From: Planctomycetota bacterium
Lineage (GTDB): Bacteria; Planctomycetota; UBA1135; UBA2386
NCBI GenBank assembly: GCA_041161695.1
Contig: JBEATZ010000206.1
Coordinates: 1 to 32,376 of the forward strand
Direction: 5' to 3'
Length of the DNA: 32,376 nt
Positions within the stretch are counted from its first letter, which is position 1. Each line of letters opens with the position of its first letter. The notes under the pieces were generated by a model. It was not told the DNA's origin and made no database searches. It was given only the letters and a program-made list of their open reading frames with translations. The position numbers and the translations under genes are program-made. Positions 15,604 through 25,861 of this stretch are shown in pieces.

Positions 15604-16983
15604 ATGAAGCTGCTGGTGCTGCTCGCAGTGGGCCTGCGCCCCAAGGACCTGAGGCGCGCCCCTGCCCTGTCGAAGGTGGCCAACGAGGGGTTCGTGGCGC
15701 CGCTGCGCACGGTGTTCCCCGCGGTCACCTGCACCGTGCAGGCCACCTTCCTGACCGGCTTGCTGCCGAGCGGCCACGGCGCCGTGGCCAACGGCTGGTA
15801 CTTCCGCGACCAGGCCGTCGTCTGGCTGTGGCGGCAGGCCAACCAGCTGGTGCAGGGCGAGAAGCTCTACGACGCAGCCAAGGCGCGCGACCCATCCGTG
15901 ACCTTCGCCAAGATGTTCTGGTGGTGGAACATGTACGCGAACGTCGACTTCTCGGTCACGCCGCGGCCGGAGTACCACGCCAATGGGCTCAAGAAGCCCG
16001 GCATCTACACGCACCCTGCCTCGCTCGCCACCGAGCTGCAGCGTGCACACGGGGCGTTCCCGCTGTTCGACTTCTGGGGACCGAAGGCTGGCATCCGCAG
16101 CACCCGCTGGATCACCAGTGCATCGATCCAGGTGATCGAGGACCACGACCCGGACGCGATGCTCGTCTACCTGCCGCATCTCGACTACGACCACCAGCGC
16201 CATGGCCCCGATGACGTCCGTTCGCAGCAGGCGGTTGCCGAACTCGACCGCGAGGCTGCCCGCCTGATCGAGGCCGCCCGCGCGAAGGGCGCGCGCGTCG
16301 TGGTGCTCAGCGAGTACGGCATCGAGCGCGCCGAGCGGCCGGTGTTCTTGAACCGCATGCTGCACGAGCGCAAGTGGCTCACCGTGCAGGAGACGAGCCA
16401 CGGCCAGTTGCTCGACTGCGGTGCGAGCCGCGCCTTCGCGGTGGCCGACCACCAGTGCGCCCACGTGTACGTCAACCGGCCTGCCGACGTCGGGCAGGTG
16501 GCCTCGCTGCTGCGTGCGGTTCCCGGCGTCGCGCGCGTGCTCGACCGCGCGCAACAGCGCGAGATCGGCCTCGACCACGAGCGCAGCGGCGACCTCGTGT
16601 GCATCGCCGAGCCCGGCTGCTGGTTCGCCTACCACTACTGGCTCGACGAGGCGCGTCGCCCCGACTTCGCGCCAACCGTCGACATCCACCGCAAGCCCGG
16701 CTACGACCCTGCCGAGTTGTTCCTCGACCCGCAGCTGCGGTTCCCGAAGCTCAAGATCGCGGCCACGCTGGCGAAGAAGCTGCTCGGCTTCCGCTACCTG
16801 ATGGACGTGATCCCCACCGACCCGTCCATGGTGCGCGGCACGCACGGCCGCCTGTACGACGACCCCGAGGCTGGTCCGGTGTTCGTCTGCTCCGACCCGC
16901 AGTTCGCGGCGCCGAGCGTGGGCGCCACCGAGGTGAAGGACCTGCTGCTGCGCATGCTGGCCGCGCCGCGCACCTCCCGCTGA
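15604..16983 (+). CDS. Alkaline-phosphatase-superfamily enzyme (nucleotide pyrophosphatase/phosphodiesterase-like)
   Basis: In-frame ATG at 15604 inside ORF 15412..16983. FPAVTCTVQATFLTGLLPSGHG has a Thr nucleophile in NPP-type context. LVYLPHLDYDHQRHG is the metal-ligand region. Confidence 0.75.
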   Translation: MKLLVLLAVGLRPKDLRRAPALSKVANEGFVAPLRTVFPAVTCTVQATFLTGLLPSGHGAVANGWYFRDQAVVWLWRQANQLVQGEKLYDAAKARDPSVTFAKMFWWWNMYANVDFSVTPRPEYHANGLKKPGIYTHPASLATELQRAHGAFPLFDFWGPKAGIRSTRWITSASIQVIEDHDPDAMLVYLPHLDYDHQRHGPDDVRSQQAVAELDREAARLIEAARAKGARVVVLSEYGIERAERPVFLNRMLHERKWLTVQETSHGQLLDCGASRAFAVADHQCAHVYVNRPADVGQVASLLRAVPGVARVLDRAQQREIGLDHERSGDLVCIAEPGCWFAYHYWLDEARRPDFAPTVDIHRKPGYDPAELFLDPQLRFPKLKIAATLAKKLLGFRYLMDVIPTDPSMVRGTHGRLYDDPEAGPVFVCSDPQFAAPSVGATEVKDLLLRMLAAPRTSR

Positions 16984-16994
16984 GGCCACGCGCC

Positions 16995-17036
16995 GGGAAA
17001 GGAAAAGGGCCGGCGCGCGCGTGCGCACCGGCCCTT
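16995..17036 (-). terminator. Intrinsic terminator of groESL (hairpin also usable from the + strand)
   Basis: AAGGGCCGG (17005-17013) pairs perfectly with CCGGCCCTT (17028-17036). On the minus-strand transcript the stem is followed by UUCCUUUCCC. It sits between the convergent genes ending at 16983 and 17062. Confidence 0.55.
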
Positions 17037-17061
17037 CGCGGGTTCGACGAACGACGCGGGC

Positions 17062-18717
<1,656 letters not shown>

Positions 18718-18746
18718 GGTTGTTGCTCCGGTTGGGGTCGTTCAGG

Positions 18747-19052
18747 TCACTCGATGACGGCGAGGATCTCGTCCTCACCGAGGATCAGCAGCTCTTCACC
18801 GTCCAGCTTGATCTCCGAGCCGGCATAGGAAGAGAACAGCACGCGGTCGTTGGTCTTGACCTGCAGCGCCTGGCGCGAGCCGTTGTCGAGCAGCTTGCCC
18901 TTGCCGACGGCCACCACGAGGCCTTCGCGCGGCTTCTCCTTGGCGGTGTCGGGCAGGATGATGCCGCCCTTGGTCTTCTCGTCGGCCTGCACGCGCTTCA
19001 CGAGCACGCGGTCACCGAGCGGGGTCACAGTCGCAGTCTTGGTCTTGGCCAT
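18747..19052 (-). CDS. groS: Co-chaperonin GroES (10 kDa)
   Basis: 101 aa. [34 protein letters not shown] is the mobile loop region. It lies 29 nt upstream of groEL. Confidence 0.97.
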   Translation of the reverse strand: MAKTKTATVTPLGDRVLVKRVQADEKTKGGIILPDTAKEKPREGLVVAVGKGKLLDNGSRQALQVKTNDRVLFSSYAGSEIKLDGEELLILGEDEILAVIE

Positions 19053-19108
19053 GGGATTCAGTTTGGGAGTGGAAACGTAGGGAAGAAGGGGAACGAAGGG
19101 ACTTGGCG

Positions 19109-19133
19109 GAGCCGCGCCGGGGAGGCGCGACTC
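19109..19133 (-). promoter_or_regulatory. Stem-loop spanning the receiver-gene stop codon, upstream of groES
   Basis: On the minus strand GAGTCGCGCC-tcccc-GGCGCGGCTC forms a 10-bp stem with one G-U pair. It is followed by a roughly 55-nt pyrimidine-rich leader to the groES ATG with no Shine-Dalgarno sequence. Confidence 0.3.
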
Positions 19134-19539
19134 ACCGGAAGGGATGCCTCGGATGGCCCAGCGGGCCGCCGAAGTGGTGCTGGATCAGCTGGTCGACGGA
19201 CTGGCGGAGCCTGCCCAGGTCCAGGGGCTTGGGCAGGAAGGTGAACACCCCCGCCTGGATGGCGAGGTGGCTCTCCTGGTGGGTCGCCTGACCCGACATC
19301 ATGATCGCGGGCATCGGGCGGATGGCCCGGATGGCGCGCACCACGTCCACGCCGGTCATGCCCGGCAGGTGGAAGTCGAGGATCGAGAAGTCGAAGCGCT
19401 GCTGCATGGCCATCTGGATGGCCTCGTTCCCAAAGGCGGTGTCGGCGACGTTCCAGCCGTGCCCTGCGAGGAACTCGCAGAGGCTCGTCCGGAGGGCGTC
19501 GTCGTCTTCCACCAGCAGGATGCGGAACGAGTTGTGCAT
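19132..19539 (-). CDS. Stand-alone response regulator receiver protein (CheY-like)
   Basis: 135 aa. The acidic pocket is LLVEDDD and the phospho-acceptor is in [13 protein letters not shown]. The conserved Ser is in IMMSG and the Lys in LPKP. No output domain. Confidence 0.85.
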   Translation of the reverse strand: MHNSFRILLVEDDDALRTSLCEFLAGHGWNVADTAFGNEAIQMAMQQRFDFSILDFHLPGMTGVDVVRAIRAIRPMPAIMMSGQATHQESHLAIQAGVFTFLPKPLDLGRLRQSVDQLIQHHFGGPLGHPRHPFR

Positions 19540-19780
19540 CAGCGGTCAGGCGTCTCGGGTCCGTCGGCACCGTGCCGACCCAAAGGTCGCGCGCGAGAGC
19601 AAGGTGCGTGCCGAGCGGTGGGTCCGTACCGAACCCGCTGGCTGACAAGGACTTGCGATGTGGCTGCCCGGGGGATCCCCCTGCGCCCATGCTGCCATGG
19701 TGGCAGCGATGCCCGGCGGGACGCCTGCCACATTGGCGTGGCGGCAGGCAGGGGCGGGATGGAGCGCAACCTGCGGTTCA

Positions 19781-19799
19781 GGGCCGGGGCATCCGGCCC
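19781..19799 (-). terminator. Hairpin downstream of the acidic zinc-ribbon gene
   Basis: GGGCCGG-ggcat-CCGGCCC lies 25 nt beyond the stop at 19824. No U-tract. Confidence 0.3.
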
Positions 19800-19823
19800 G
19801 GGGAGAAGGGGACGGACGAAGGA

Positions 19824-20180
19824 CTAGTCGTCCTCGTCTTCGTCCTCATCCTCGTCTTCTTCGTCGTCCTCGTCCTCGTCTTCGTCGTCCTCTTCGTCGA
19901 GGTCCTCGTCGAGGTCTTCCTCCTCGTCGAGGTCTTCGTCGTCCTCATCGGCGTCGTCGTCCTCGTCGGAGTCCTCGTCGTCCTCGTCCCAGTCGTCTTC
20001 GTCCTCTTCGTCGTCGGTTTCATCCTCGTCCTCGAAGGACGCGAGGACCCGATCCCAGTCCGCCACCTCGATCACGTTGTTGCACGCGAGGCAGGTGCTG
20101 TCGTTGTCGCGCAGGTCTTCGAGCTCATCGAGCTCGCGGTAGACCTTGCCGCATTCCCGGCACTTGACGATTTTGCCCAT
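19824..20180 (-). CDS. Zinc-ribbon protein with extreme poly-Asp/Glu C-terminal tail
   Basis: 118 aa. The N-terminus MGKIVKCRECGKVY...STCLACNNV carries two CxxC pairs (C7/C10, C30/C33). In the last 69 residues, 62 are D or E (counted in the supplied translation). The antisense ORF 19572..20228 is only a V/L/F-rich mirror image. Confidence 0.6.
   Translation of the reverse strand: MGKIVKCRECGKVYRELDELEDLRDNDSTCLACNNVIEVADWDRVLASFEDEDETDDEEDEDDWDEDDEDSDEDDDADEDDEDLDEEEDLDEDLDEEDDEDEDEDDEEDEDEDEDEDD
19827..20033 (-). repeat. Low-complexity GAN-codon (Asp/Glu) trinucleotide tract
   Basis: About 207 nt of GAC/GAG/GAA/GAT codons. The unit ctcgtcgaggtc recurs three times on the + strand. Confidence 0.8.
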
Positions 20181-20359
20181 TGCTGGAGTTGCTTGGTGGC
20201 CTCGTGGAGGCGAGGGGACGTTACCTAATCAGGTGCGCACGGCTTGGCAACCACCTGCAGGGAAAATTGCGAAGCCATCGGACGCTTGCCGGGAGCGACT
20301 CCAGGCGTCGATGGCAGGGGCTGGTGCACTTCAGCCAGATGGTGGAACCTGCCGATGAC

Positions 20360-20812
20360 ATGGCCGTGCCCAAGTCCATCTACGTGATCGCCGCGATGGG
20401 ATTCGCCGCCGTGCTGATTCTCGGCTGGATGATGCAAGGCCTCGTGAAGGTGCAGCAGCAGGCCAAGCCCTCGCACGACCCGATCCGCAACGAGATCCAC
20501 CTCCTGATCGAGAAGGAACTCACCGCTCCTGCCGAGGTGGAGGAGCAGGTGGTGGACGGCAAGCGCATCGTCGTGATCAAGCTCGACGCCAAGGAAGGCA
20601 AGCCGAGGCCGCGCCTCGCCCGCATCGCCGGCCAGGCTGCATGGCGCACGCTCGCCGGGTCCAAGGCCCAGCCGGACCTCGTGCGCGTGCAGTTCCCGGG
20701 CGCTGGCGGCGCGCCGGAGAACTTCGACACCCAGCCGCCCAGGTCGACGCAACCGTCGCAGCCGCAGCTGGGCCCGAGCGCGACGCCGCCCACCGAGGTC
20801 ATCCCGCCGTAG
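20360..20812 (+). CDS. Hypothetical membrane-anchored protein with Pro/Gln-rich C-terminus
   Basis: In-frame ATG at 20360 (alternative 20339) inside ORF 20180..20812. There is a single N-terminal TM helix (IYVIAAMGFAAVLILGWMMQGL), then a soluble domain. Divergent from the acidic gene. Confidence 0.5.
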   Translation: MAVPKSIYVIAAMGFAAVLILGWMMQGLVKVQQQAKPSHDPIRNEIHLLIEKELTAPAEVEEQVVDGKRIVVIKLDAKEGKPRPRLARIAGQAAWRTLAGSKAQPDLVRVQFPGAGGAPENFDTQPPRSTQPSQPQLGPSATPPTEVIPP

Positions 20813-20881
20813 TGCCCAAGGGCGCCGTGGAATGCCACTGCACCCTCAGCAACGTGGCCTCCCGCGCCTATCCTGCGGCGC

Positions 20882-22945
20882 ATGCACCTCGTCGCGTCGC
20901 TGCTGCTCGCCGCGCTGAGCCCGCAGGATCCGGGCCACTCGGCGCCCTGCACCGTGACCGTCGTCAACCCGACGCCGGTGCTGCGCCGCGCGATCGTCAC
21001 GGCCTCGGTGCCCTATGCGCGCGGCGAACTGCGCTGCGCTCCTGCGGCAGGCGGGCGCGAGCCCGTCCTCGCCGTCACGGTGGGTGAGGGCAAGGACGAG
21101 GCGGCGGCACCGGCTGCCGTGCTGATGCGCTGGCCCGACGACTCGGTGGCGGTGCTGCAGGCGCACTTCCACGCGCAGGTGGAGCCGATGGCGAGCACGA
21201 AGCTCGCCGTGCGCGCCCAGCTCGATGCACAGGGGATGGCGCGACCGGCGCGCGACGTGGAGGCGCTGCGCTTGGAGCACGCGAGCGGACTGCCGCAGGA
21301 GCTGCCCCTGCGCACCGAACTCACCGACCCCTGGGGCCGCACCTTCACGGCACGGCTGGTCGCGGACGCATCAGCGGGTCCCGACGGCATCGAACTCGAC
21401 ACCGGCCTCGTGCGCACCCGCAGGTTCCGCTCGCTGCACGCGCTCGCCGATGGCTCGACGCTGCTGGGGTTGCGCGCGTGGATCACGACCTTCCACGGCG
21501 AGGGGCGCGGCGAGCTCACGCTCGTGCTGGACAACGCCGAGCTCGACGGACCCGCGCTCGGGCCGGTGCGCTTCGCCGGCTTCGACCTCGTGGTCGAGGG
21601 GCCGACGCTCGCCGCGTACCCGCTGTTCGCGAACGAACAGCTCCTCGCCGAGCCGACGCTGCTGGGCGACAAGGGCTTTCGGCAGCCGTTGCTCGGACCG
21701 GGTCGCGGGCTGTACCTCGGCGACACCACCGCCAAGTCCTTCCGCTTCCAGCTGCGCACCCTGGAACAGGAGGCAGGCGACGAGGCGCCAGCTGCCGAGC
21801 CCGAGGCGCTCTGGGATGCCCTCCGCCTGCACGCTTTCGCCGACCTCGACCGCGTGCGTGCGACGCGCGCCTTCGGCATCCACGGCGGCCCTGCGCCGCG
21901 CACCGACAGCGAGCCCGATGCGAGCGGGGAGCGCTGGTCGACGTGGCGGATGCGGGCCCGCACCGGTCCGTTCGGCTCGTTCGGCGACCCGCAGGATGCC
22001 GCGGCAGGCGGCACGCCGCGCAACGGCGACTCGATGCTGCACGAGGTCCTGCGCCTCCAGAGCCCGCGTCTCGCAGAGGCAGCCGAGGCCATGGTGCTGC
22101 AGCACACGCTGCGGCCGACGCCAGCCGTCGCGCAACGGCCCTGGGCCCTCGACGAGTCGTGGCGCCGCGGCCTGGGCACGATCGCCCGCGCCGCCCCACA
22201 CGGCTTCGTGGCCGAGGACTACGAGCACTTCAGCGCGCTGCTGCTCTTCGACTGGTACTGGCTCACCGGCGACGTGCTCGCGCGCGCCGAGCTCGCGCGC
22301 CTCGGCCGCGGCCTCATGGCCATCCTGCCCGTGCAGCCGCTGCGCACGAGTCGTGGTGAGGGCTGGTGCCTGCAGTCGGGCGCGCTGGTGGCGCGCGCCA
22401 CGGGCGACCGCGCGTTGCAGCAGCGCCTCCTCGACCACGCGCTGCAGGTGACGCTGCCGCTGGTCATGCGCGAAGGCAACCTGGTTGCCATCGCCCAGCC
22501 GCCGCACCCGCATGCGTTCGCCGACCAGTCGTGGGACGCGCCCTGGCAGATGGCTGCGCTCGTGCGCGGTCTCGCAGCGCTGCATGCGCAGACCGGCAAC
22601 GATTCCCTGCGCGCTGCCGTGCTGCGAGTCGCCGATGCCATGGCGCAGACGTGCTGGCGCGAGGGCGAGGGGCCGCACCACTTCGTGAGCGCCCTCGATG
22701 CGAGCCGATACACCATGGCAACGGACGCTGGCACCCGGCGTCTCCTCCACCGCATGGTCTCGGGAGCCTTCACGATCGCAGCCGAACTGGCAGACGGCGA
22801 CGAAGCCGCGCTGTTGCGCAGGCGCGCCGAGTGGCTGGAACTCCGGCTGCTGCCTGCGGGATCCCCGCCCCGTGTCCGCGCTGCAGCAGGATCCGACCCC
22901 TGGTTGCAGGTGCTGCTCGACCGGTCCGCTTCCGGGGCGCGCTGA
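20882..22945 (+). CDS. Large secreted hypothetical protein; tentatively PcRGLX/YetA-like polysaccharide-lyase fold
   Basis: 687 aa with a hydrophobic N-terminus (MHLVASLLLAALS). The N-terminal patterns VTVVNPTPVLRRAIVTASVPYARGEL and LMRWPDDSVAVLQAHF recall the first domain of exo-rhamnogalacturonan-lyase-like proteins. The C-terminal segment DYEHFSALLLFDWYWLTGDVLARAEL looks like an alpha/alpha toroid. The family assignment is from memory only. Confidence 0.6.
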   Translation: MHLVASLLLAALSPQDPGHSAPCTVTVVNPTPVLRRAIVTASVPYARGELRCAPAAGGREPVLAVTVGEGKDEAAAPAAVLMRWPDDSVAVLQAHFHAQVEPMASTKLAVRAQLDAQGMARPARDVEALRLEHASGLPQELPLRTELTDPWGRTFTARLVADASAGPDGIELDTGLVRTRRFRSLHALADGSTLLGLRAWITTFHGEGRGELTLVLDNAELDGPALGPVRFAGFDLVVEGPTLAAYPLFANEQLLAEPTLLGDKGFRQPLLGPGRGLYLGDTTAKSFRFQLRTLEQEAGDEAPAAEPEALWDALRLHAFADLDRVRATRAFGIHGGPAPRTDSEPDASGERWSTWRMRARTGPFGSFGDPQDAAAGGTPRNGDSMLHEVLRLQSPRLAEAAEAMVLQHTLRPTPAVAQRPWALDESWRRGLGTIARAAPHGFVAEDYEHFSALLLFDWYWLTGDVLARAELARLGRGLMAILPVQPLRTSRGEGWCLQSGALVARATGDRALQQRLLDHALQVTLPLVMREGNLVAIAQPPHPHAFADQSWDAPWQMAALVRGLAALHAQTGNDSLRAAVLRVADAMAQTCWREGEGPHHFVSALDASRYTMATDAGTRRLLHRMVSGAFTIAAELADGDEAALLRRRAEWLELRLLPAGSPPRVRAAAGSDPWLQVLLDRSASGAR

Positions 22946-24647
22946 TGGGACTTGCCATCGTCTTCGCGTTCGCGGTTGCCGACGGGTTGCCGCCCGTCGC
23001 CGGCGCCGCAGCGCACGAAGTGCTCGCGCGCCAGTTGCCGCGCCTGCTGGTGCAACTCGTCAACCGCGATGGCGACCGCGGCCTGCGGTTCTTCCCGCTG
23101 CTCGGCACCCACGAGGGGCGCCGTGGCTTCCTGCGCGCGACCGAACCGCTCCCGCCCGCGACGCTCGCTGCCGTGCACCGTCAGCAGGGCGTGGAGCTGC
23201 TCGTGGACGGTTGGATCCACGCAGCGGGCATCCGCTTGCGTGCACACCGCGCCTCCGACGGCGCGGAACGACTGTGCCTCGACCTGCCGTTCGATCCGCG
23301 CGACCCGCTGGTCGTGCTGCGCCGCTGGCAGTTCGAGCTGATGGGGCTGCTCGGCCTCGAGGGCGCGCCTGCGCCCGTGCCATCGCCCGAGGGCGAGGCG
23401 CTGGCATGGTGGATCGTCGGCCGCGACGAGGTGCTGGCACTCGAGGCCAACCTCATGCCCGCGCACGGCGACCTGCTTCGCGCCCTGCGCGAGTGCGCTG
23501 CGCGCGCACCGCAGTCCGTCGATGTCCGCCAACTTGCACTCGACCTCGGCGCCAACCTGCTGCGCGCCGGCGAGAAGCCTGCAGCCATCGGCTCCCTGCT
23601 CACACCCTTGCATCCTCGGCCGACGTTCCCGCCGACTTCCTGCGCAAGGCCGGCGAACTCGCCATCGGCGCGGGCGACCCCGAGTCCGGCGCCGCACTGC
23701 TGCTGCGCGCAGCCCATGCGATGCCCCAGGACCATGCGCTGGTCGAGCGCACCGCGGGGTTGCTGTACCGCCAGCGCCGCTACGACCAGGCTGCAGGACT
23801 CCTGCAGGTCGTGCGCGCCTGCGGCTTCGCCAGCGACCGGGCCCTTGCGCAGGCTGCAGCGGTGGCCGACCGGATGGGCAACTCGGCGCTGCGTGCGGAA
23901 CTGTGCGAGGAACTGCTGGTGCGCGAGGCAGCCGAGCCGATCGTGGCACGCGTCCTCATCGCCTACCTGTTCGAGGCCGGTCGCACCGATGCCGCGCTCG
24001 AACTGTCCGCCCGTGCGCTGGAGCGCGAGCCCGGCAACGCCACGCTCTGGCTCGAGCGTGCCCGCGCCCAGCTCCGCCGCGGCGAAGCCGATGCCGCCGT
24101 GCAGTCGATCGATCGAGTGCTCGCCCTCGGCCCGACGGCAGAGGTCCGCCGGGAGGCGGAGCGCCTGCTGGGAGTGGCGCGCGCGCCCGACCTGCTCACC
24201 ACGCTGCAGGAGGTCGAGTCCTCCTTCGTCGCCGGCGACCGCGATGGTGCGCTCCACCGCGCCCGCAAGCTCGTGCGCGCGCGCGGCGACTGCGCGGAGA
24301 GCTGGCTGCTGCTGGGCGTGATGCGCCACCGCATGGGCCAGCACTGGCGCGCCGAGCGTTCGTTGCGTCGCGCCGTGACCCTCCAGCCCGACCTTGCCGA
24401 GGCCCACAACCGCCTCGGCGTGCTGCTGCTGTGCAAGGGTCGCGCTCCCGAGGGCATGAAGAGCCTCGACCGTGCGCGCCAGCTCGCGCCCACCAACCCG
24501 TCGATCCTGCTGCACCTCGCCCAGGCCTGTGCGATGCAGGGCCGCCTCGACGAGGGCGAGCAGCACCTTGCCGATGCCGAGCGACTGGGCGCGGACCCGG
24601 GACTGCTGCGCACCGTGCGGCGTGATTTCTTCGGCGCGCAGGCTTAG
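22945..24647 (+). pseudogene. TolB_N-like plus TPR-repeat protein, reading frame broken by an apparent 1-nt deletion near 23605-23610
   Basis: The ATG at 22945 overlaps the upstream stop (TGATG). Frame 1 is protein-like up to ...GEKPAAIGSLLTP. Frame 3 is protein-like from LASSADVPADFLRKAGELAIGAG to the stop at 24647 and contains clear TPR repeats (AEAHNRLGVLLLCKGRAPEGMKSLDRARQLAP). No start codon is available for an independent second gene. Confidence 0.6.
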
Positions 24648-24667
24648 AACGGCTGCACTTGCAGCCC

Positions 24668-25861
24668 ATGGAACCAGCCGATCCGCTCCTGCAGTGGCGC
24701 CCGCGCTTCCCCATCACGGAGCGCACCAACTACCTCATCAGCAACTCGCTGGGAGCCATGCCTGCTGCCGCCCGCGAGTCGGTCGGCCAGTTCCTCGACA
24801 TGTGGGACCGGCGCGGCGTGCGTGCGTGGGGCGAGGGCTGGTGGGTGCTGCAGGACGAGGTTGCCGACCTCCTTGCGCGCGTGATCGGCGCGCCTGCCGG
24901 CTCGGTGGCCATGCACCAGAACGTCGCCGTCGCACTGGAGATGATCCTGTCGTGCTTCGACTTCCAGGGTCGGCGGAACAAGATCGTCTACAGCGAGCGC
25001 AACTTCCCGAGCGACCAGTACGTGGTCGAGGCCAAGGCCGCGCGCGGCGCCCGGCTGGTGCGCGTGCCCGGTGAGGGCACCACGATCGACGTGCAGCGGT
25101 TCGTGGACGCCATCGACGAGGAGACGCTCGTCGTCCACGTGGACCACGTGCTGTTCCGCAGCGCGTACATCGTCGACATCCACCCGATCATCGCCAGGGC
25201 GCGCAGCGTCGGCGCCTTTGTCGTGCTGGGCCTGTTCCACTCCGGCGGCACGCTGCCGCTGAAGCTGAAGGAATGGGGCGTCCATGCAGCCGTGGGCGGC
25301 GCCCTCAAGTACATGTGCGGCGGCGCCGGCAACTGCTTCCTGTACGTCGATCCCGACGAGCGGAAGCGCCTCGTGCCCACGTTCACGGGCTGGGCCGCGC
25401 ACAAGCAGCCGTTCGCCTTCTCGACCGCCGGGCAGGACCTGCGCGAGGACGGCGGCAGGTTCGCCACCGGCACGCCCAACGTGCCCGCGCTCTACGCCGG
25501 GCGCGAGGGCATCCGCACCATCGCCGAGATCGGCCTCGATGCCATCCGCGCGAAGAGCCAGCGCCTCACCTCGCTGCTGGTGCGGGAGGCCCAGGCTGCC
25601 GGCCTCGGCATCAAGTCGCCGCTCGACGCGAACCAGCGCGGCGGCCACGTGGCCCTCGACGTGCCGCATGGCTACGAGGTGTGCCAGGTGCTGGCGGCCG
25701 AGGACATCGTCGTCGACTTCCGGCCCGAGTCGGGGCTGCGCGTGGCGCCGCACTTCTACAATACCGAGGCCGAGGTGCGCGGCGCGGTGGCGCGCATCCG
25801 CGCGATCCTCGAGAACCGCGAGTACGAGCGCCTGCTCGGCCGGGAGCGGAAGCCGGGATGA
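24668..25861 (+). CDS. kynU: Kynureninase (PLP-dependent)
   Basis: Family patterns are present throughout: YLISNSLGAMP, NFPSDQY, GGALKYMCGGAG (Lys-PLP region, compare TYKYLNGGPG), TGWAAH, RGGHVAL and VDFRPESGLRVAPHFY. A TTG at 24659 is the alternative start. Confidence 0.85.
   Translation: MEPADPLLQWRPRFPITERTNYLISNSLGAMPAAARESVGQFLDMWDRRGVRAWGEGWWVLQDEVADLLARVIGAPAGSVAMHQNVAVALEMILSCFDFQGRRNKIVYSERNFPSDQYVVEAKAARGARLVRVPGEGTTIDVQRFVDAIDEETLVVHVDHVLFRSAYIVDIHPIIARARSVGAFVVLGLFHSGGTLPLKLKEWGVHAAVGGALKYMCGGAGNCFLYVDPDERKRLVPTFTGWAAHKQPFAFSTAGQDLREDGGRFATGTPNVPALYAGREGIRTIAEIGLDAIRAKSQRLTSLLVREAQAAGLGIKSPLDANQRGGHVALDVPHGYEVCQVLAAEDIVVDFRPESGLRVAPHFYNTEAEVRGAVARIRAILENREYERLLGRERKPG

Noticed and set aside
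19053-19131. Expected CIRCE/HrcA operator or sigma-32 promoter upstream of groES.
   Set aside because: No TTAGCACTC-N9-GAGTGCTAA-like inverted repeat and no CTTGAA...CCCCAT-like pair is present. The only inverted repeat (19109-19133) has a different sequence and a 5-nt spacer.
19827-20033. Repetitive tract that might be mistaken for a CRISPR-like or tandem-repeat array.
   Set aside because: There are no repeat-spacer units of 25-40 nt. It is trinucleotide codon repetition inside a coding sequence.
19572-20228. Plus-strand ORF encoding a V/L/F-rich, membrane-looking 218-aa protein.
   Set aside because: It is the mirror image of the GAN-codon Asp/Glu tract. Its N-terminal part is Arg/Pro junk with no sensible start context. 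The minus-strand ORF has a clean ATG and a CxxC...CxxC zinc-ribbon head.
20245-20259. Sigma-54-like -24/-12 elements: TGGCAA-N4-CTGCA at 20245-20259 and TGGAAT-N4-CTGCA at 20828-20842.
   Set aside because: The GG-to-GC spacing is 9 nt, not the invariant 10 nt. No enhancer-binding protein (AAA+ activator) gene is nearby. Kept only as a shared motif in the 20.3-24.6 kb finding.
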